A stretch of 64,000 nt of DNA from Eledone cirrhosa. Its lineage: Eukaryota. Made by a program: the position numbers and the translations under genes. Below are positions 31,330 through 47,500 of the stretch, piece by piece (the first letter of the stretch is position 1; every line of letters starts with the position of its first letter). The notes below the pieces were generated by a model. The model was not told where the DNA came from. It did not search any database and saw only the letters and a list, made by a program, of their open reading frames with translations. The stretch spans positions 361,832,001 to 361,896,000 of the forward strand of contig OZ024743.1 of the NCBI GenBank assembly GCA_964016885.1. Direction: 5' to 3'.

Positions 31330-34300
31330 GTACAGCACACAGTGGAAACAATTGTTATAACTAGTACAGCTGACAGTGGAAACAATTGTTATAACTAGTA
31401 CAGCACACAGTGGAAACATTTGTTATAACTAGTACAGCACACAGTGCAAACAATTGTTATAACTGGTACAGCTCACAGTGGAAACAATTGTTATAACTAG
31501 TACAGCACACAGTGGAAACAATTGTTATAACTAGTACAGCTGACAGTGGAAACAATTGTTATAACTAGTACAGCACACAGTGGAAACAATTGTTATAACT
31601 AGTACAGCACACAGTGGAAACAATTGTTATAACTAGTACAGCTCACAGTGGAAACAATTGTTATAACTAGTACAGCTGACAGTGGAAACAATTGTTATAA
31701 CTAGTACAGCTGACAGTGGAAACAATTGTTATAACTAGTACAGCACACAGTGGAAATAATTGTTATAACTAGTACAGCACACAGTGGAAACAATTGTTAT
31801 AACTAGTACAGCACACAGTGGAAACAATTGTTATAACTAGTACAGCTGACAGAGGAAACAATTGTTATAACTAGTACAGATGACAGTGGAAACAATTGTT
31901 ATAAATAGTACAGCTGACAGTGGAAACAATTGTTATAACTAGTACAGATCACAGTGGAAACAATTGTTATAACTAGTACAGCTGACAGTGGAAACATTTG
32001 TTATAACTAGTACAGCTGACAGTGGAAACAATTGTTATAACTGGTACAGCTGACAGTGGAAACAATTGTTATAACTAGTACAGCACACAGTGGAAACAAT
32101 TGTTATAACTAGTACAGCTCACAGTGGAAACAATTGTTATAACTAGTACAGCACACAGTGGAAACAATTGTTATAACTAGTACAGCACACAGTGGAAACA
32201 ATTGTTATAACTAGTACAGCTCACGTTGGAAACAATTGTTATAACTAGTACAGCTCACAGTGGAAACAATTGTTATAACTAGTACAGCTGACAGTGGAAA
32301 CAATTGTTATAACTAGTAGAGCTGACAGTGGAAACAATTGTTATAACTAGTACAGCACACAATGGAAACAAATTGTTATAACTAGTACAGCTCACAGTGC
32401 AAACAATTGTTATAACTAGTACAGCACACAGTGGAAACAATTGTTATAACTAGTACAGCTCACAGTGCAAACAATTGTTATAACTAGTACAGCACACAGT
32501 GGAAACAATTGTTATAACTAGTACAGCACACAGTGCAAACAATTGTTATAATTAGTACAGCACACAGTGGAAACAATTGTTATAACTAGTACAGCACACA
32601 GTGGAAACAATTGTTATAACTAGTACAGCACACAGTGGAAACAATTGTTATAACTAGTACAGCACACAGTGGAAACAATTGTTATAACTAGTACAGCTGA
32701 CAGAGGAAACAATTGTTATAACTAGTACAGATGACAGTGGAAACAATTGTTATAAATAGTACAGCTGACAGTGGAAACAATTGTTATAACTAGTACAGAT
32801 CACAGTGGAAACAATTGTTATAACTAGTACAGCTGACAGTGGAAACATTTGTTATAACTAGTACAGCTGACAGTGGAAACAATTGTTATAACTGGTACAG
32901 CTGACAGTGGAAACAATTGTTATAACTAGTACAGCACACAGTGGAAACAATTATTATAACTAGTACAGCTGACAGAGGAAACAATTGTTTTAACTAGTAC
33001 AGCACACAGTGGAAACAATTGTTATAACTAGTACAGCACACAGTGGAAACAATTGTTATAACTAGTACAGCACAGAGTGGAAACATTTGTTATAACTAGT
33101 ACAGCACACAGTGCAAATAATTGTTATAACTGGTACAGCTCACAGTGGAAACAATTGTTATAACTAGTACAGCTGACAGTGGAAACAATTGTTATAACTA
33201 GTACAGCTGACAGTGGAAACAATTGTTATAACTAGTACAGCACACAGTGGAAATAATTGTTATAACTAGTACAGCACACAGTGGAAACAATTGTTATAAC
33301 TAGTACAGCACACAGTGGAAACAATTGTTATAATTAGTACAGCACACAGTGGAAACAATTGTTTTAACTAGTACAGCTCACAGTGGAAACAATTGTTATA
33401 ACTAGAACAGCTCACAGTGGAAACAATTGTTATGACTAGTACAGCTCACAGTGGAAACAATTGTTATAACTAGTACAGCACACAGTGGAAACAATTGTTA
33501 TAACTAGTACAGCAAACAGTGGAAACAATTGTTATAACTAGCACATCACACAGGGGAAACAATTGTTATAATTAGTACAGCACACAGTGGAAACAATTGT
33601 TATAACTAATACAGCACACAGTGGAAACAATTGTTATAACTAGTACAGCACACAGTGGAAACAATTGTTATAACTAGTACAGCACACAGTGGAAACAATT
33701 GTTATAACTAGTAGAGCTGACAGTGGAAACAATTGTTATAACTAGTACAGCACACAGTGGAAACAATTGTTATAACTAGTACAGCTGACAGTGGAAACAA
33801 TTGTTATAACTAGTACAGCACACAGTGGAAACATTTGTTATAACTAGTACAGCACACAGTGCAAACAATTGTTATAACTGGTACAGCTCACAGTGGAAAC
33901 AATTGTTATAACTAGTACAGCACACAGTGGAAACAATTGTTATAACTAGTACAGCTGACAGTGGAAACAATTGTTATAACTAGTACAGCACACAGTGGAA
34001 ACAATTGTTATAACTAGTACAGCACACAGTGGAAACAATTGTTATAACTAGTACAGCACACAGTGGAAACAATTGTTATAACTAGTACAGCTCACAGTGG
34101 AAACAATTGTTATAACTAGTACAGCTGACAGTGGAAACAATTGTTATAACTAGTACAGCTGACAGTGGAAACAATTGTTATAACTAGTACAGCACACAGT
34201 GGAAATAATTGTTATAACTAGTACAACACACAGTGGAAACAATTGTTATAACTAGTACAGCACACAGAGGAAACAATTGTTGTAACTAGTACAGCTGACA

Positions 34301-37300
34301 GAGGAAACAATTGTTATAACTAGTACAGATGACAGTGGAAACAATTGTTATAAATAGTACAGCTGACAGTGGAAACAATTGTTATAACTGGTACAGCACA
34401 CAGTGGAAACAATTGTTATAACTAGTACAGCTGACAGTGGAAACAATTGTTATAACTAGTACAGCACACAGTGGAAACAATTGTTATAACTAGTACAGCA
34501 CACAGTGCAAACAATTGTTATAACTAGTACAGCTGACAGTGGAAATATTTGTTATAACTAGTACAGCTGACAGTGGAAACAATTGTTATAACTGGTACAG
34601 CTGACAGTGGAAACAATTGTTATAACTAGTACAGCACACAGTGGAAACATTATTATAACTAGTACAGCTGACAGTGGAAACAATTGTTTTAACTAGTACA
34701 GCACACAGTGGAAACAATTGTTATAACTAGTACAGCACACAGTGCAAACAATTGTTATAACTAGTACAGCTCACAGTGCAAACAATTGTTGTAACTAGTA
34801 CAGCTCACAGTGGAAACAATTGTTATAACTAGTACAGCTGACAGTGGAAACAATTGTTATAACTAGTACAGCACACAGTGCAAACAATTTTTATAACTAG
34901 TACAGCACACAGTGCAAACAATTGTTATAACTAGCACAGCACACAGTGGAAACAATTGTTATAACTAGTACAGCACACAGTGGAAACAATTGTTATAACT
35001 AGTACAGCTCACAGTGGAAACAATTGTTATAACTAGTACAGCTGACAGTGGAAACAATTGTTATAACTAGTACAGCTGACAGTGGAAACAATTGTTATAA
35101 CTAGTACAGCACACAGTGGAAATAATTGTTATAACTAGTACAGCACACAGTGGAAACAATTGTTATAACTAGTACAGCACACAGTGGAAACAATTGTTAT
35201 AACTAGTACAGCTGACAGAGGAAACATTTGTTATAACTAGTACAGATGACAGTGGAAACAATTGTTATAAATAGTACAGCTGACAGTGGAAACAATTGTT
35301 ATAACTAGTACAGATCACAGTGGAAACAATTGTTATAACTAGTACAGCTGACAGTGGAAACATTTGTTATAACTAGTACAGCTGACAGTGGAAACAATTG
35401 TTATAACTGGTACAGCTGACAGTGGAAACAATTGTTATAACTAGTACAGCACACAGTGGAAACAATTATTATAACTAGTACAGCACACAGTGGAAACAAT
35501 TGTTATAACTAGTACAGCACACAGTGGAAACAATTGTTATAACTAGTACAGCACACAGTGGAAACAATTGTTATAACTAGTACAGCACACAGTGGAAACA
35601 ATTGTTATAACTAGTAGAGCTGACAGTGGAAACAATTGTTATAACTAGTACAGCACACAGTGGAAACAATTGTTATAACTAGTACAGCTGACAGTGGAAA
35701 CAATTGTTATAACTAGTACAGCACACAGTGGAAACATTTGTTATAACTAGTACAGCACACAGTGCAAACAATTGTTATAACTGGTACAGCTCACAGTGGA
35801 AACAATTGTTATAACTAGTACGGCACACAGTGGAAACAATTGTTATAACTAGTACAGCTGACAGTGGAAACAATTGTTATAACTAGTACAGCACACAGTG
35901 GAAACAATTGTTATAACTAGTACAGCACACAGTGGAAACAATTGTTATAACTAGTACAGCTCACAGTGGAAACAATTGTTATAACTAGTACAGCTGACAG
36001 TGAAAACAATTGTTATAACTAGTACAGCTGACAGTGGAAACAATTGTTATAACTAGTACAGCACACAGTGGAAATAATTGTTATAACTAGTACAGCACAC
36101 AGTGGAAACAATTGTTATAACTAGTACAGCACACAGTGGAAACAATTGTTATAACTAGTACAGCTGACAGAGGAAACAATTGTTATAACTAGTACAGATG
36201 ACAGTGGAAACAATTGTTATAAATAGTACAGCTGACAGTGGAAACAATTGTTATAACTAGTACAGATCACAGTGGAAACAATTGTTATAACTAGTACAGC
36301 TGACAGTGGAAACATTTGTTATAACTAGTACAGCTGACAGTGGAAACAATTGTTATAACTGGTACAGCTGACAGTGGAAACAATTGTTATAACTAGTACA
36401 GCACACAGTGGAAACAATTATTATAACTAGTACAGCTGACAGTGGAAACAATTGTTTTAACTAGTACAGCACACAGTGGAAACAATTGTTATAACTAGTA
36501 CAGCACACAGTGGAAACAATTGTTATAACTAGTACAGCACAGAGTGGAAACAATTGTTATAACTAGTACAGCTCACAGTGGAAACAATTGTTATAACTAG
36601 TACAGCTGACAGTGGAAACAATTGTTATAACTAGTAGAGTTGACAGTGGAAACAATTGTTATAACTAGTACAGCACACAGTGGAAACAATTGTTATAACT
36701 AGTACAGCTGACAGTGGAAACAATTGTTATAACTAGTACAGCACACAGTGGAAACATTTGTTATAACTAGTACAGCACACAGTGGAAACAATTGTTACAA
36801 CTAGTAAAGCACACAGTGGAAACAATTGTTATAACTAGTACAGCACATAGTGGAAACAATTGTTATAACTAGTACAGATCACAGTGGAAACAATTGTTAT
36901 AACTAGTACAGCTGACAGTGGAAACAATTGTTATAACTAGTACAGCACATAGTGGAAACAATTGTTATAACTAGTACAGATCACAGTGGAAACAATTGTT
37001 ATAACTAGTACAGCACACAGTGCAAACAATTGTTATAACTGGTACAGCTCACAGTGGAAACAATTGTTATAACTAGTACAGCACACAGTGGAAACAATTG
37101 TTATAACTAGTACAGCTGACAGTGGAAACAATTGTTATAACTAGTACAGCACACAGTGGAAACAATTGTTATAACTAGTACAGCTGACAGTGGAAACAAT
37201 TGTTATAACTAGTACAGCTCACAGTGGAAACAATTGTTATAAGTAGTACCGCACACAGTGGAAACAATTGTTATAACTAGTACAGCTCACAGTGGAAACA

Positions 37301-40300
37301 ATTGTTATAACTAGTACAGCACACAGTGGAAACAATTGTTATAACTAGTACAGCACACAGTGGAAACAATTGTTATAACTAGTACAGCACACAGTGGAAA
37401 CAATTGTTATAACTAGTACAGCACACAGTGGAAACAATTGTTATAACTAGTACAGCTCACAGTGGAAACAATTGTTATAACTAGTACAGCTGACAGTGGA
37501 AACAATTGTTATAACTAGTACAGCTCACGTTGGAAACAATTGTTATAATTAGTACAGCACACAGTGGAAACAATTGTTATAACTAGTACAGCACACAGTG
37601 GAAACAATTGTTATAACTAGTACAGCTCACGTTGGAAACAATTGTTATAATTAGTACAGCACACAATGGAAACAATTGTTATAACTAGTATAGCTGACAG
37701 TGGAAACAATTGTTATAACTAGTACAGCTGACAGTGGAAACAATTGTTATAACTAGTACAGCACACAATGGAAACAAATTGTTATAACTAGTACAGCTCA
37801 CAGTGCAAACAATTGTTATAACTAGTACAGCACACAGTGGAAACAATTGTTATAACTAGTACAGCTCACAGTGCAAACAATTGTTATAACTAGTACAGCA
37901 CACAGTGGAAACAATTGTTATAACTAGTACAGCACACAGTGCAAACAATTCTTATAATTAGTACAGCACACAGTGGAAACAATTGTTATAACTAGTACAG
38001 CACACAGTGGAAACAATTGTTATAACTAGTACAGCACACAGTGCAAACAATTTTTATGACTAGTACAGCACACAGTGCAAACAATTGTTATAATTAGTAC
38101 AGCACACAGTGGAAACAATTGTTTTAACTAGTACAGCTCACAGTGGAAACAATTGTTATAACTAGTACAGCTCACAGTGGAAACAATTGTTATGACTAGT
38201 ACAGCTCACAGTGGAAACAATTGTTATAACTAGTACAGCAAACAGTGGAAACAATTGTTATAACTAGTACAGCAAACAGTGGAAACAATTGTTATAACTA
38301 GCACATCACACAGGGGAAACAATTGTTATAATTAGTACAGCACACAGTGGAAACAATTGTTATAACTAGTACAGCACACAGTGCAAACAATTCTTATAAT
38401 TAGTACAGCACACAGTGGAAACAATTGTTATAACTAGTACAGCACACAGTGGAAACAATTGTTATAACTAGTACAGCACACAGTGCAAACAATTTTTATG
38501 ACTAGTACAGCACACAGTGCAAACAATTGTTATAATTAGTACAGCACACAGTGGAAACAATTCTTTTAACTAGTACAGCTCACAGTGGAAACAATTGTTA
38601 TAACTAGTACAGCTCACAGTGGAAACAATTGTTATGACTAGTACAGCTCACAGTGGAAACAATTGTTATAACTAGTACAGCAAACAGTGGAAACAATTGT
38701 TATAACTAGTACAGCAAACAGTGGAAACAATTGTTATAACTAGCACATCACACAGGGGAAACAATTGTTATAATTAGTACAGCACACAGTGGAAACAATT
38801 GTTATAACTAGTACAGCACACAGTGGAAACAATTGTTATAACTAGTACAGCACACAGTGGAAACAATTGTTATAACTAGTACAGCTGACAGTGGAAACAA
38901 TTGTTATAACTAGTACAGCACACAGTGGAAACATTTGTTATAACTAGTACAGCACACAGTGCAAACAATTGTTATAACTGGTACAGCTCACAGTGGAAAC
39001 AATTGTTATAACTAGTACAGCACACAGTGGAAACAATTGTTATAACTAGTACAGCTGACAGTGGAAACAATTGTTATAACTAGTACAGCACACAGTGGAA
39101 ACAATTGTTATAACTAGTACAGCACACAGTGGAAACAATTGTTATAACTAGTACAGCTCACAGTGGAAACAATTGTTATAACTAGTACAGCTGACAGTGG
39201 AAACAATTGTTATAACTAGTACAGCTGACAGTGGAAACAATTGTTATAACTAGTACAGCACACAGTGGAAATAATTGTTATAACTAGTACAGCACACAGT
39301 GGAAACAATTGTTATAACTAGTACAGCACACAGTGGAAACAATTGTTATAACTAGTACAGCTGACAGAGGAAACAATTGTTATAACTAGTACAGATGACA
39401 GTGGAAACAATTGTTATAAATAGTACAGCTGACAGTGGAAACAATTGTTATAACTAGTACAGATCACAGTGGAAACAATTGTTATAACTAGTACAGCTGA
39501 CAGTGGAAACATTTGTTATAACTAGTACAGCTGACAGTGGAAACAATTGTTATAACTGGTACAGCTGACAGTGGAAACAATTGTTATAACTAGTACAGCA
39601 CACAGTGGAAACAATTGTTATAACTAGTACAGCTCACAGTGGAAACAATTGTTATAACTAGTACAGCACACAGTGGAAACAATTGTTATAACTAGTACAG
39701 CACACAGTGGAAACAATTGTTATAACTAGTACAGCTCACGTTGGAAACAATTGTTATAACTAGTACAGCTCACAGTGGAAACAATTGTTATAACTAGTAC
39801 AGCTGACAGTGGAAACAATTGTTATAACTAGTAGAGCTGACAGTGGAAACAATTGTTATAACTAGTACAGCACACAATGGAAACAAATTGTTATAACTAG
39901 TACAGCTCACAGTGCAAACAATTGTTATAACTAGTACAGCACACAGTGGAAACAATTGTTATAACTAGTACAGCTCACAGTGCAAACAATTGTTATAACT
40001 AGTACAGCACACAGTGGAAACAATTGTTATAACTAGTACAGCACACAGTGCAAACAATTGTTATAATTAGTACAGCACACAGTGGAAACAATTGTTATAA
40101 CTAGTACAGCACACAGTGGAAACAATTGTTATAACTAGTACAGCACACAGTGGAAACAATTGTTATAACTAGTACAGCACACAGTGGAAACAATTGTTAT
40201 AACTAGTACAGCTGACAGAGGAAACAATTGTTATAACTAGTACAGATGACAGTGGAAACAATTGTTATAAATAGTACAGCTGACAGTGGAAACAATTGTT

Positions 40301-42380
40301 ATAACTAGTACAGATCACAGTGGAAACAATTGTTATAACTAGTACAGCTGACAGTGGAAACATTTGTTATAACTAGTACAGCTGACAGTGGAAACAATTG
40401 TTATAACTGGTACAGCTGACAGTGGAAACAATTGTTATAACTAGTACAGCACACAGTGGAAACAATTATTATAACTAGTGCAGCTGACAGAGGAAACAAT
40501 TGTTTTAACTAGTACAGCACACAGTGGAAACAATTGTTATAACTAGTACAGCACACAGTGGAAACAATTGTTATAACTAGTACAGCACAGAGTGGAAACA
40601 TTTGTTATAACTAGTACAGCACACAGTGCAAATAATTGTTATAACTGGTACAGCTCACAGTGGAAACAATTGTTATAACTAGTACAGCTGACAGTGGAAA
40701 CAATTGTTATAACTAGTACAGCTGACAGTGGAAACAATTGTTATAACTAGTACAGCACACAGTGGAAATAATTGTTATAACTAGTACAGCACACAGTGGA
40801 AACAATTGTTATAACTAGTACAGCACACAGTGGAAACAATTGTTATAATTAGTACAGCACACAGTGGAAACAATTGTTTTAACTAGTACAGCTCACAGTG
40901 GAAACAATTGTTATAACTAGAACAGCTCACAGTGGAAACAATTGTTATGACTAGTACAGCTCACAGTGGAAACAATTGTTATAACTAGTACAGCACACAG
41001 TGGAAACAATTGTTATAACTAGTACAGCAAACAGTGGAAACAATTGTTATAACTAGCACATCACACAGGGGAAACAATTGTTATAATTAGTACAGCACAC
41101 AGTGGAAACAATTGTTATAACTAATACAGCACACAGTGGAAACAATTGTTATAACTAGTACAGCACACAGTGGAAACAATTGTTATAACTAGTACAGCAC
41201 ACAGTGGAAACAATTGTTATAACTAGTAGAGCTGACAGTGGAAACAATTGTTATAACTAGTACAGCACACAGTGGAAACAATTGTTATAACTAGTACAGC
41301 TGACAGTGGAAACAATTGTTATAACTAGTACAGCACACAGTGGAAACATTTGTTATAACTAGTACAGCACACAGTGCAAACAATTGTTATAACTGGTACA
41401 GCTCACAGTGGAAACAATTGTTATAACTAGTACAGCACACAGTGGAAACAATTGTTATAACTAGTACAGCTGACAGTGGAAACAATTGTTATAACTAGTA
41501 CAGCACACAGTGGAAACAATTGTTATAACTAGTACAGCACACAGTGGAAACAATTGTTATAACTAGTACAGCACACAGTGGAAACAATTGTTATAACTAG
41601 TACAGCTCACAGTGGAAACAATTGTTATAACTAGTACAGCTGACAGTGGAAACAATTGTTATAACTAGTACAGCTGACAGTGGAAACAATTGTTATAACT
41701 AGTACAGCACACAGTGGAAATAATTGTTATAACTAGTACAACACACAGTGGAAACAATTGTTATAACTAGTACAGCACACAGTGGAAACAATTGTTGTAA
41801 CTAGTACAGCTGACAGAGGAAACAATTGTTATAACTAGTACAGATGACAGTGGAAACAATTGTTATAAATAGTACAGCTGACAGTGGAAACAATTGTTAT
41901 AACTGGTACAGCACACAGTGGAAACAATTGTTATAACTAGTACAGCTGACAGTGGAAACAATTGTTATAACTAGTACAGCACACAGTGGAAACAATTGTT
42001 ATAACTAGTACAGCACACAGTGCAAACAATTGTTATAACTAGTACAGCTGACAGTGGAAATATTTGTTATAACTAGTACAGCTGACAGTGGAAACAATTG
42101 TTATAACTGGTACAGCTGACAGTGGAAACAATTGTTATAACTAGTACAGCACACAGTGGAAACATTATTATAACTAGTACAGCTGACAGTGGAAACAATT
42201 GTTTTAACTAGTACAGCACACAGTGGAAACAATTGTTATAACTAGTACAGCACACAGTGCAAACAATTGTTATAACTAGTACAGCTCACAGTGCAAACAA
42301 TTGTTGTAACTAGTACAGCTCACAGTGGAAACAATTGTTATAACTAGTACAGCTGACAGTGGAAACAATTGTTATAACTA
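31330..42380 (+). repeat. ~3.5-kb block (~31.3-34.9 kb) repeated at offset 7515 (~38.85-42.4 kb)
   Basis: CACGTTGG...ATAACT at 32224/39739 and ACTAGAACAG at 33401/40916. Offset 7515 = 221 monomers + 1 bp, matching the intervening indels. Confidence 0.8.
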
Positions 42381-44590
42381 GTACAGCACACAGTGGAAAC
42401 AATTGTTATAACTAGTACAGCTGACAGAGGAAACAATTGTTATAACTAGTACAGATGACAGTGGAAACAATTGTTATAAATAGTACAGCTGACAGTGGAA
42501 ACAATTGTTATAACTAGTACAGATCACAGTGGAAACAATTGTTATAACTAGTACAGCTGACAGTGGAAACATTTGTTATAACTAGTACAGCTGACAGTGG
42601 AAACAATTGTTATAACTGGTACAGCTGACAGTGGAAACAATTGTTATAACTAGTACAGCACACAGTGGAAACAATTATTATAACTAGTACAGCTGACAGA
42701 GGAAACAATTGTTTTAACTAGTACAGCACACAGTGGAAACAATTGTTATAACTAGTACAGCACACAGTGGAAACAATTGTTATAACTAGTACAGCACAGA
42801 GTGGAAACATTTGTTATAACTAGTACAGCACACAGTGCAAATAATTGTTATAACTGGTACAGCTCACAGTGGAAACAATTGTTATAACTAGTACAGCTGA
42901 CAGTGGAAACAATTGTTATAACTAGTACAGCTGACAGTGGAAACAATTGTTATAACTAGTACAGCACACAGTGGAAATAATTGTTATAACTAGTACAGCA
43001 CACAGTGGAAACAATTGTTATAACTAGTACAGCACACAGTGGAAACAATTGTTATAATTAGTACAGCACACAGTGGAAACAATTGTTTTAACTAGTACAG
43101 CTCACAGTGGAAACAATTGTTATAACTAGAACAGCTCACAGTGGAAACAATTGTTATGACTAGTACAGCTCACAGTGGAAACAATTGTTATAACTAGTAC
43201 AGCACACAGTGGAAACAATTGTTATAACTAGTACAGCAAACAGTGGAAACAATTGTTATAACTAGCACATCACACAGGGGAAACAATTGTTATAATTAGT
43301 ACAGCACACAGTGGAAACAATTGTTATAACTAATACAGCACACAGTGGAAACAATTGTTATAACTAGTACAGCACACAGTGGAAACAATTGTTATAACTA
43401 GTACAGCACACAGTGGAAACAATTGTTATAACTAGTAGAGCTGACAGTGGAAACAATTGTTATAACTAGTACAGCACACAGTGGAAACAATTGTTATAAC
43501 TAGTACAGCTGACAGTGGAAACAATTGTTATAACTAGTACAGCACACAGTGGAAACATTTGTTATAACTAGTACAGCACACAGTGCAAACAATTGTTATA
43601 ACTGGTACAGCTCACAGTGGAAACAATTGTTATAACTAGTACAGCACACAGTGGAAACAATTGTTATAACTAGTACAGCTGACAGTGGAAACAATTGTTA
43701 TAACTAGTACAGCACACAGTGGAAACAATTGTTATAACTAGTACAGCACACAGTGGAAACAATTGTTATAACTAGTACAGCACACAGTGGAAACAATTGT
43801 TATAACTAGTACAGCTCACAGTGGAAACAATTGTTATAACTAGTACAGCTGACAGTGGAAACAATTGTTATAACTAGTACAGCTGACAGTGGAAACAATT
43901 GTTATAACTAGTACAGCACACAGTGGAAATAATTGTTATAACTAGTACAACACACAGTGGAAACAATTGTTATAACTAGTACAGCACACAGTGGAAACAA
44001 TTGTTGTAACTAGTACAGCTGACAGAGGAAACAATTGTTATAACTAGTACAGATGACAGTGGAAACAATTGTTATAAATAGTACAGCTGACAGTGGAAAC
44101 AATTGTTATAACTGGTACAGCACACAGTGGAAACAATTGTTATAACTAGTACAGCTGACAGTGGAAACAATTGTTATAACTAGTACAGCACACAGTGGAA
44201 ACAATTGTTATAACTAGTACAGCACACAGTGCAAACAATTGTTATAACTAGTACAGCTGACAGTGGAAATATTTGTTATAACTAGTACAGCTGACAGTGG
44301 AAACAATTGTTATAACTGGTACAGCTGACAGTGGAAACAATTGTTATAACTAGTACAGCACACAGTGGAAACATTATTATAACTAGTACAGCTGACAGTG
44401 GAAACAATTGTTTTAACTAGTACAGCACACAGTGGAAACAATTGTTATAACTAGTACAGCACACAGTGCAAACAATTGTTATAACTAGTACAGCTCACAG
44501 TGCAAACAATTGTTGTAACTAGTACAGCTCACAGTGGAAACAATTGTTATAACTAGTACAGCTGACAGTGGAAACAATTGTTATAACTAG
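40170..44590 (+). repeat. Tandem duplication with 2209-bp period (65 monomers - 1 bp)
   Basis: ACTAGAACAG at 40916/43125. ACTAATACAG, TACAACACAC, TTGTTGTAAC and GAAATATTTG are repeated in the same order. Confidence 0.8.
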
Positions 44591-47500
44591 TACAGCACAC
44601 AGTGCAAACAATTTTTATAACTAGTACAGCACACAGTGCAAACAATTGTTATAACTAGCACAGCACACAGTGGAAACAATTGTTATAACTAGTACAGCAC
44701 ACAGTGGAAACAATTGTTATAACTAGTACAGCTCACAGTGGAAACAATTGTTATAACTAGTACAGCTGACAGTGGAAACAATTGTTATAACTAGTACAGC
44801 ACACAGTGGAAACAATTGTTATAACTAGTACAGTCTACAGTGCAAACAATTGTTATAACTAGTACAGCTCACAGTGCAAATAATTGTTATAACTAGTACA
44901 GCTCACAGTGGAAACAATTGTTATAACTAGTACAGCTGACAGTGGAAACAATTGTTATAACTAGTACAGCACACAGTGGAAATAATTGTTATATCTAGTA
45001 CAGCACACAGTGCAAACAATTGTTATAACTAGTACAACTCACAGTGCAAACAATTGTTATAACTAGTACAGATCACAGTGGAAACAGTTGTTATAACTAG
45101 TACAGCACACAGTGCAAACAATTGTTATAACTAGTACAGCACACAGTGGAAACAATTGTTATAACTAGTACAGCTCACAGTGGAAACAATTGTTATGACT
45201 AGTACAGCTCACAGTGGAAACAATTGTTATGACTAGTACAGCTGACAGTGGAAACAGTTGTTATAACTAGTACAGCACACAGTGCAAACAATTGTTATAA
45301 CTAGTACAACTCACAGTGCAAACAATTGTTATAACTAGTACAGATCACAGTGGAAACAGTTGTTATAACTAGTACAGCACACAGTGCAAACAATTGTTAT
45401 AACTAGTACAGCACACAGTGCAAACAATCGTTATAACTAGTACAGTACACAGTGGAAATAATTGTTATAACTAGTACAGCACACAGTGGAAACAATTGTT
45501 ATAACTAGTACAGCTCACAGTGCAAACAATTGTTATAACTAGTACAGCTCACAGTGGAAACAATTGTTATAACTAGTACAGCTGACAGTGGAAACAATTG
45601 TTATAACTAGTACAGCTGACAGTGGAAACAATTGTTTTAACTAGTACAGCACACAGTGGAAACAATTGTTATAACTAGTACAGCTGACAGTGCAAACAAT
45701 TGTTATAACTAGTACAGCTCACAGTGCAAACAATTGTTATAACTAGTACAGCACACAGTGGAAATAATTCTTATGACTAGTACAGCTCACAGTGGAAACA
45801 ATTGTTATAAATAGTACAGCTGACAGTGGAAACAATTGTTATAAATAGTACAGCTCACAGTGGAAACAATTGTTATAACTAGTTCAGCTGACAGTGGAAA
45901 CAATTGTTATAACTAGTACAGCTCACAGTGCAAACAATTGTTATAACTAGTACAGCACACAGTGGAAACAATTGTTATAACTAGTACAGCTCACAGTGCA
46001 AACAATTGTTATAACTAGTACAGCTCACAGTGGAAACAATTGTTATAACTAGTTCAGCTGACAGTGGAAACAATTGTTATAACTAGTACAGCTCACAGTG
46101 CAAACAATTGTTATAACTGGTACAGCTCACAGTGGAAACAATTGTTATAACTAGTTCAGCTGACAGTGGAAACAATTGTTATAACTAGTACAGCTCACAG
46201 TGCAAACAATTGTTATAACTAGTACAGCACACAGTGGAAACAATTGTTATAACTAGTACAGCTCACAGTGCAAACAATTGTTATAACTAGTACAGCTCAC
46301 AGTGGAAACAATTGTTATAAATAGTACAGCTCACAGTGGAAACAATTGTTATAACTAGTTCAGCTGACAGTGGAAACAATTGTTATAACTAGTACAGCTG
46401 ACAGTGGAAACAATTGTTTTAACTAGTACAGCACACAGTGGAAACAATTGTTATAACTAGTACAGCTGACAGTGCAAACAATTGTTATAACTAGTACAGC
46501 TCACAGTGCAAACAATTGTTATAACTAGTACAGCACACAGTGGAAACAATTGTTATAACTGGTACAGCTCACAGTGGAAACAATTGTTATAAATAGTACA
46601 GCTCACAGTGGAAACAATTGTTATAACTAGTACAGCACACAGTGGAAACAATTGTTATAACTAGTACAGTCTACAGTGCAAACAATTGTTATAACTAGTA
46701 CAGCTCACAGTGCAAACAATTGTTATAACTAGTACAGCACACAGTGGAAACAATTGTTATAATTAGTACAGCTCACAGTGCAAACAATTGTTATAACTAG
46801 TACAGCTCACAGTTGAAACATTTGTTATAACTAGTACAGCTGACAGTGGAAACAGTTGTTATAACTAGTACAGCACACAGTGGAAACAATTATTATAACT
46901 AGTACAGCTCACAGTGGAAACAATTGATATAACTAGTACAGCACACAGTGAAAACAATTGTTATAACTAGTACAGCTCACAGTGGAAACAATTGTTATAA
47001 CTAGTACCGCACACAGTGGAAACATTGTTATAACTAGTACAGCACACAGTGCAAACAATTGTTATAACTAGTACAGCACACAGTGGAAACAATTGTTATA
47101 TCTAGTACAGCTCACAGTGGAAACAATTGTTATAACTAGTACAGCCCACAGTGGAAACAATTGTTATAACTAGTACAGCACACAGTGGAAACAATTATTA
47201 TAACTAGTACAGCTCACAGTGGAAACAATTGTTATAACTAGTACAGCACACAATGGAAAAAATTGTTATAACTAGTACAGCTGACAGTGGAAACAATTGT
47301 TATAACTAGTACGGCTGACAGTGGAAACAATTGTTATAACTAGTACAGCACACAGTGGAAACATTTGTTATAACTAGTACAGCTCATAGTGGAAACAATT
47401 GATATAACTAGTACATCACACAGTAGAAACAATTGTTATAACAAGTACAGCTCACAGTGGAAACAATTGTTATAACTAGTACAGCACACAGTGGAAACAT

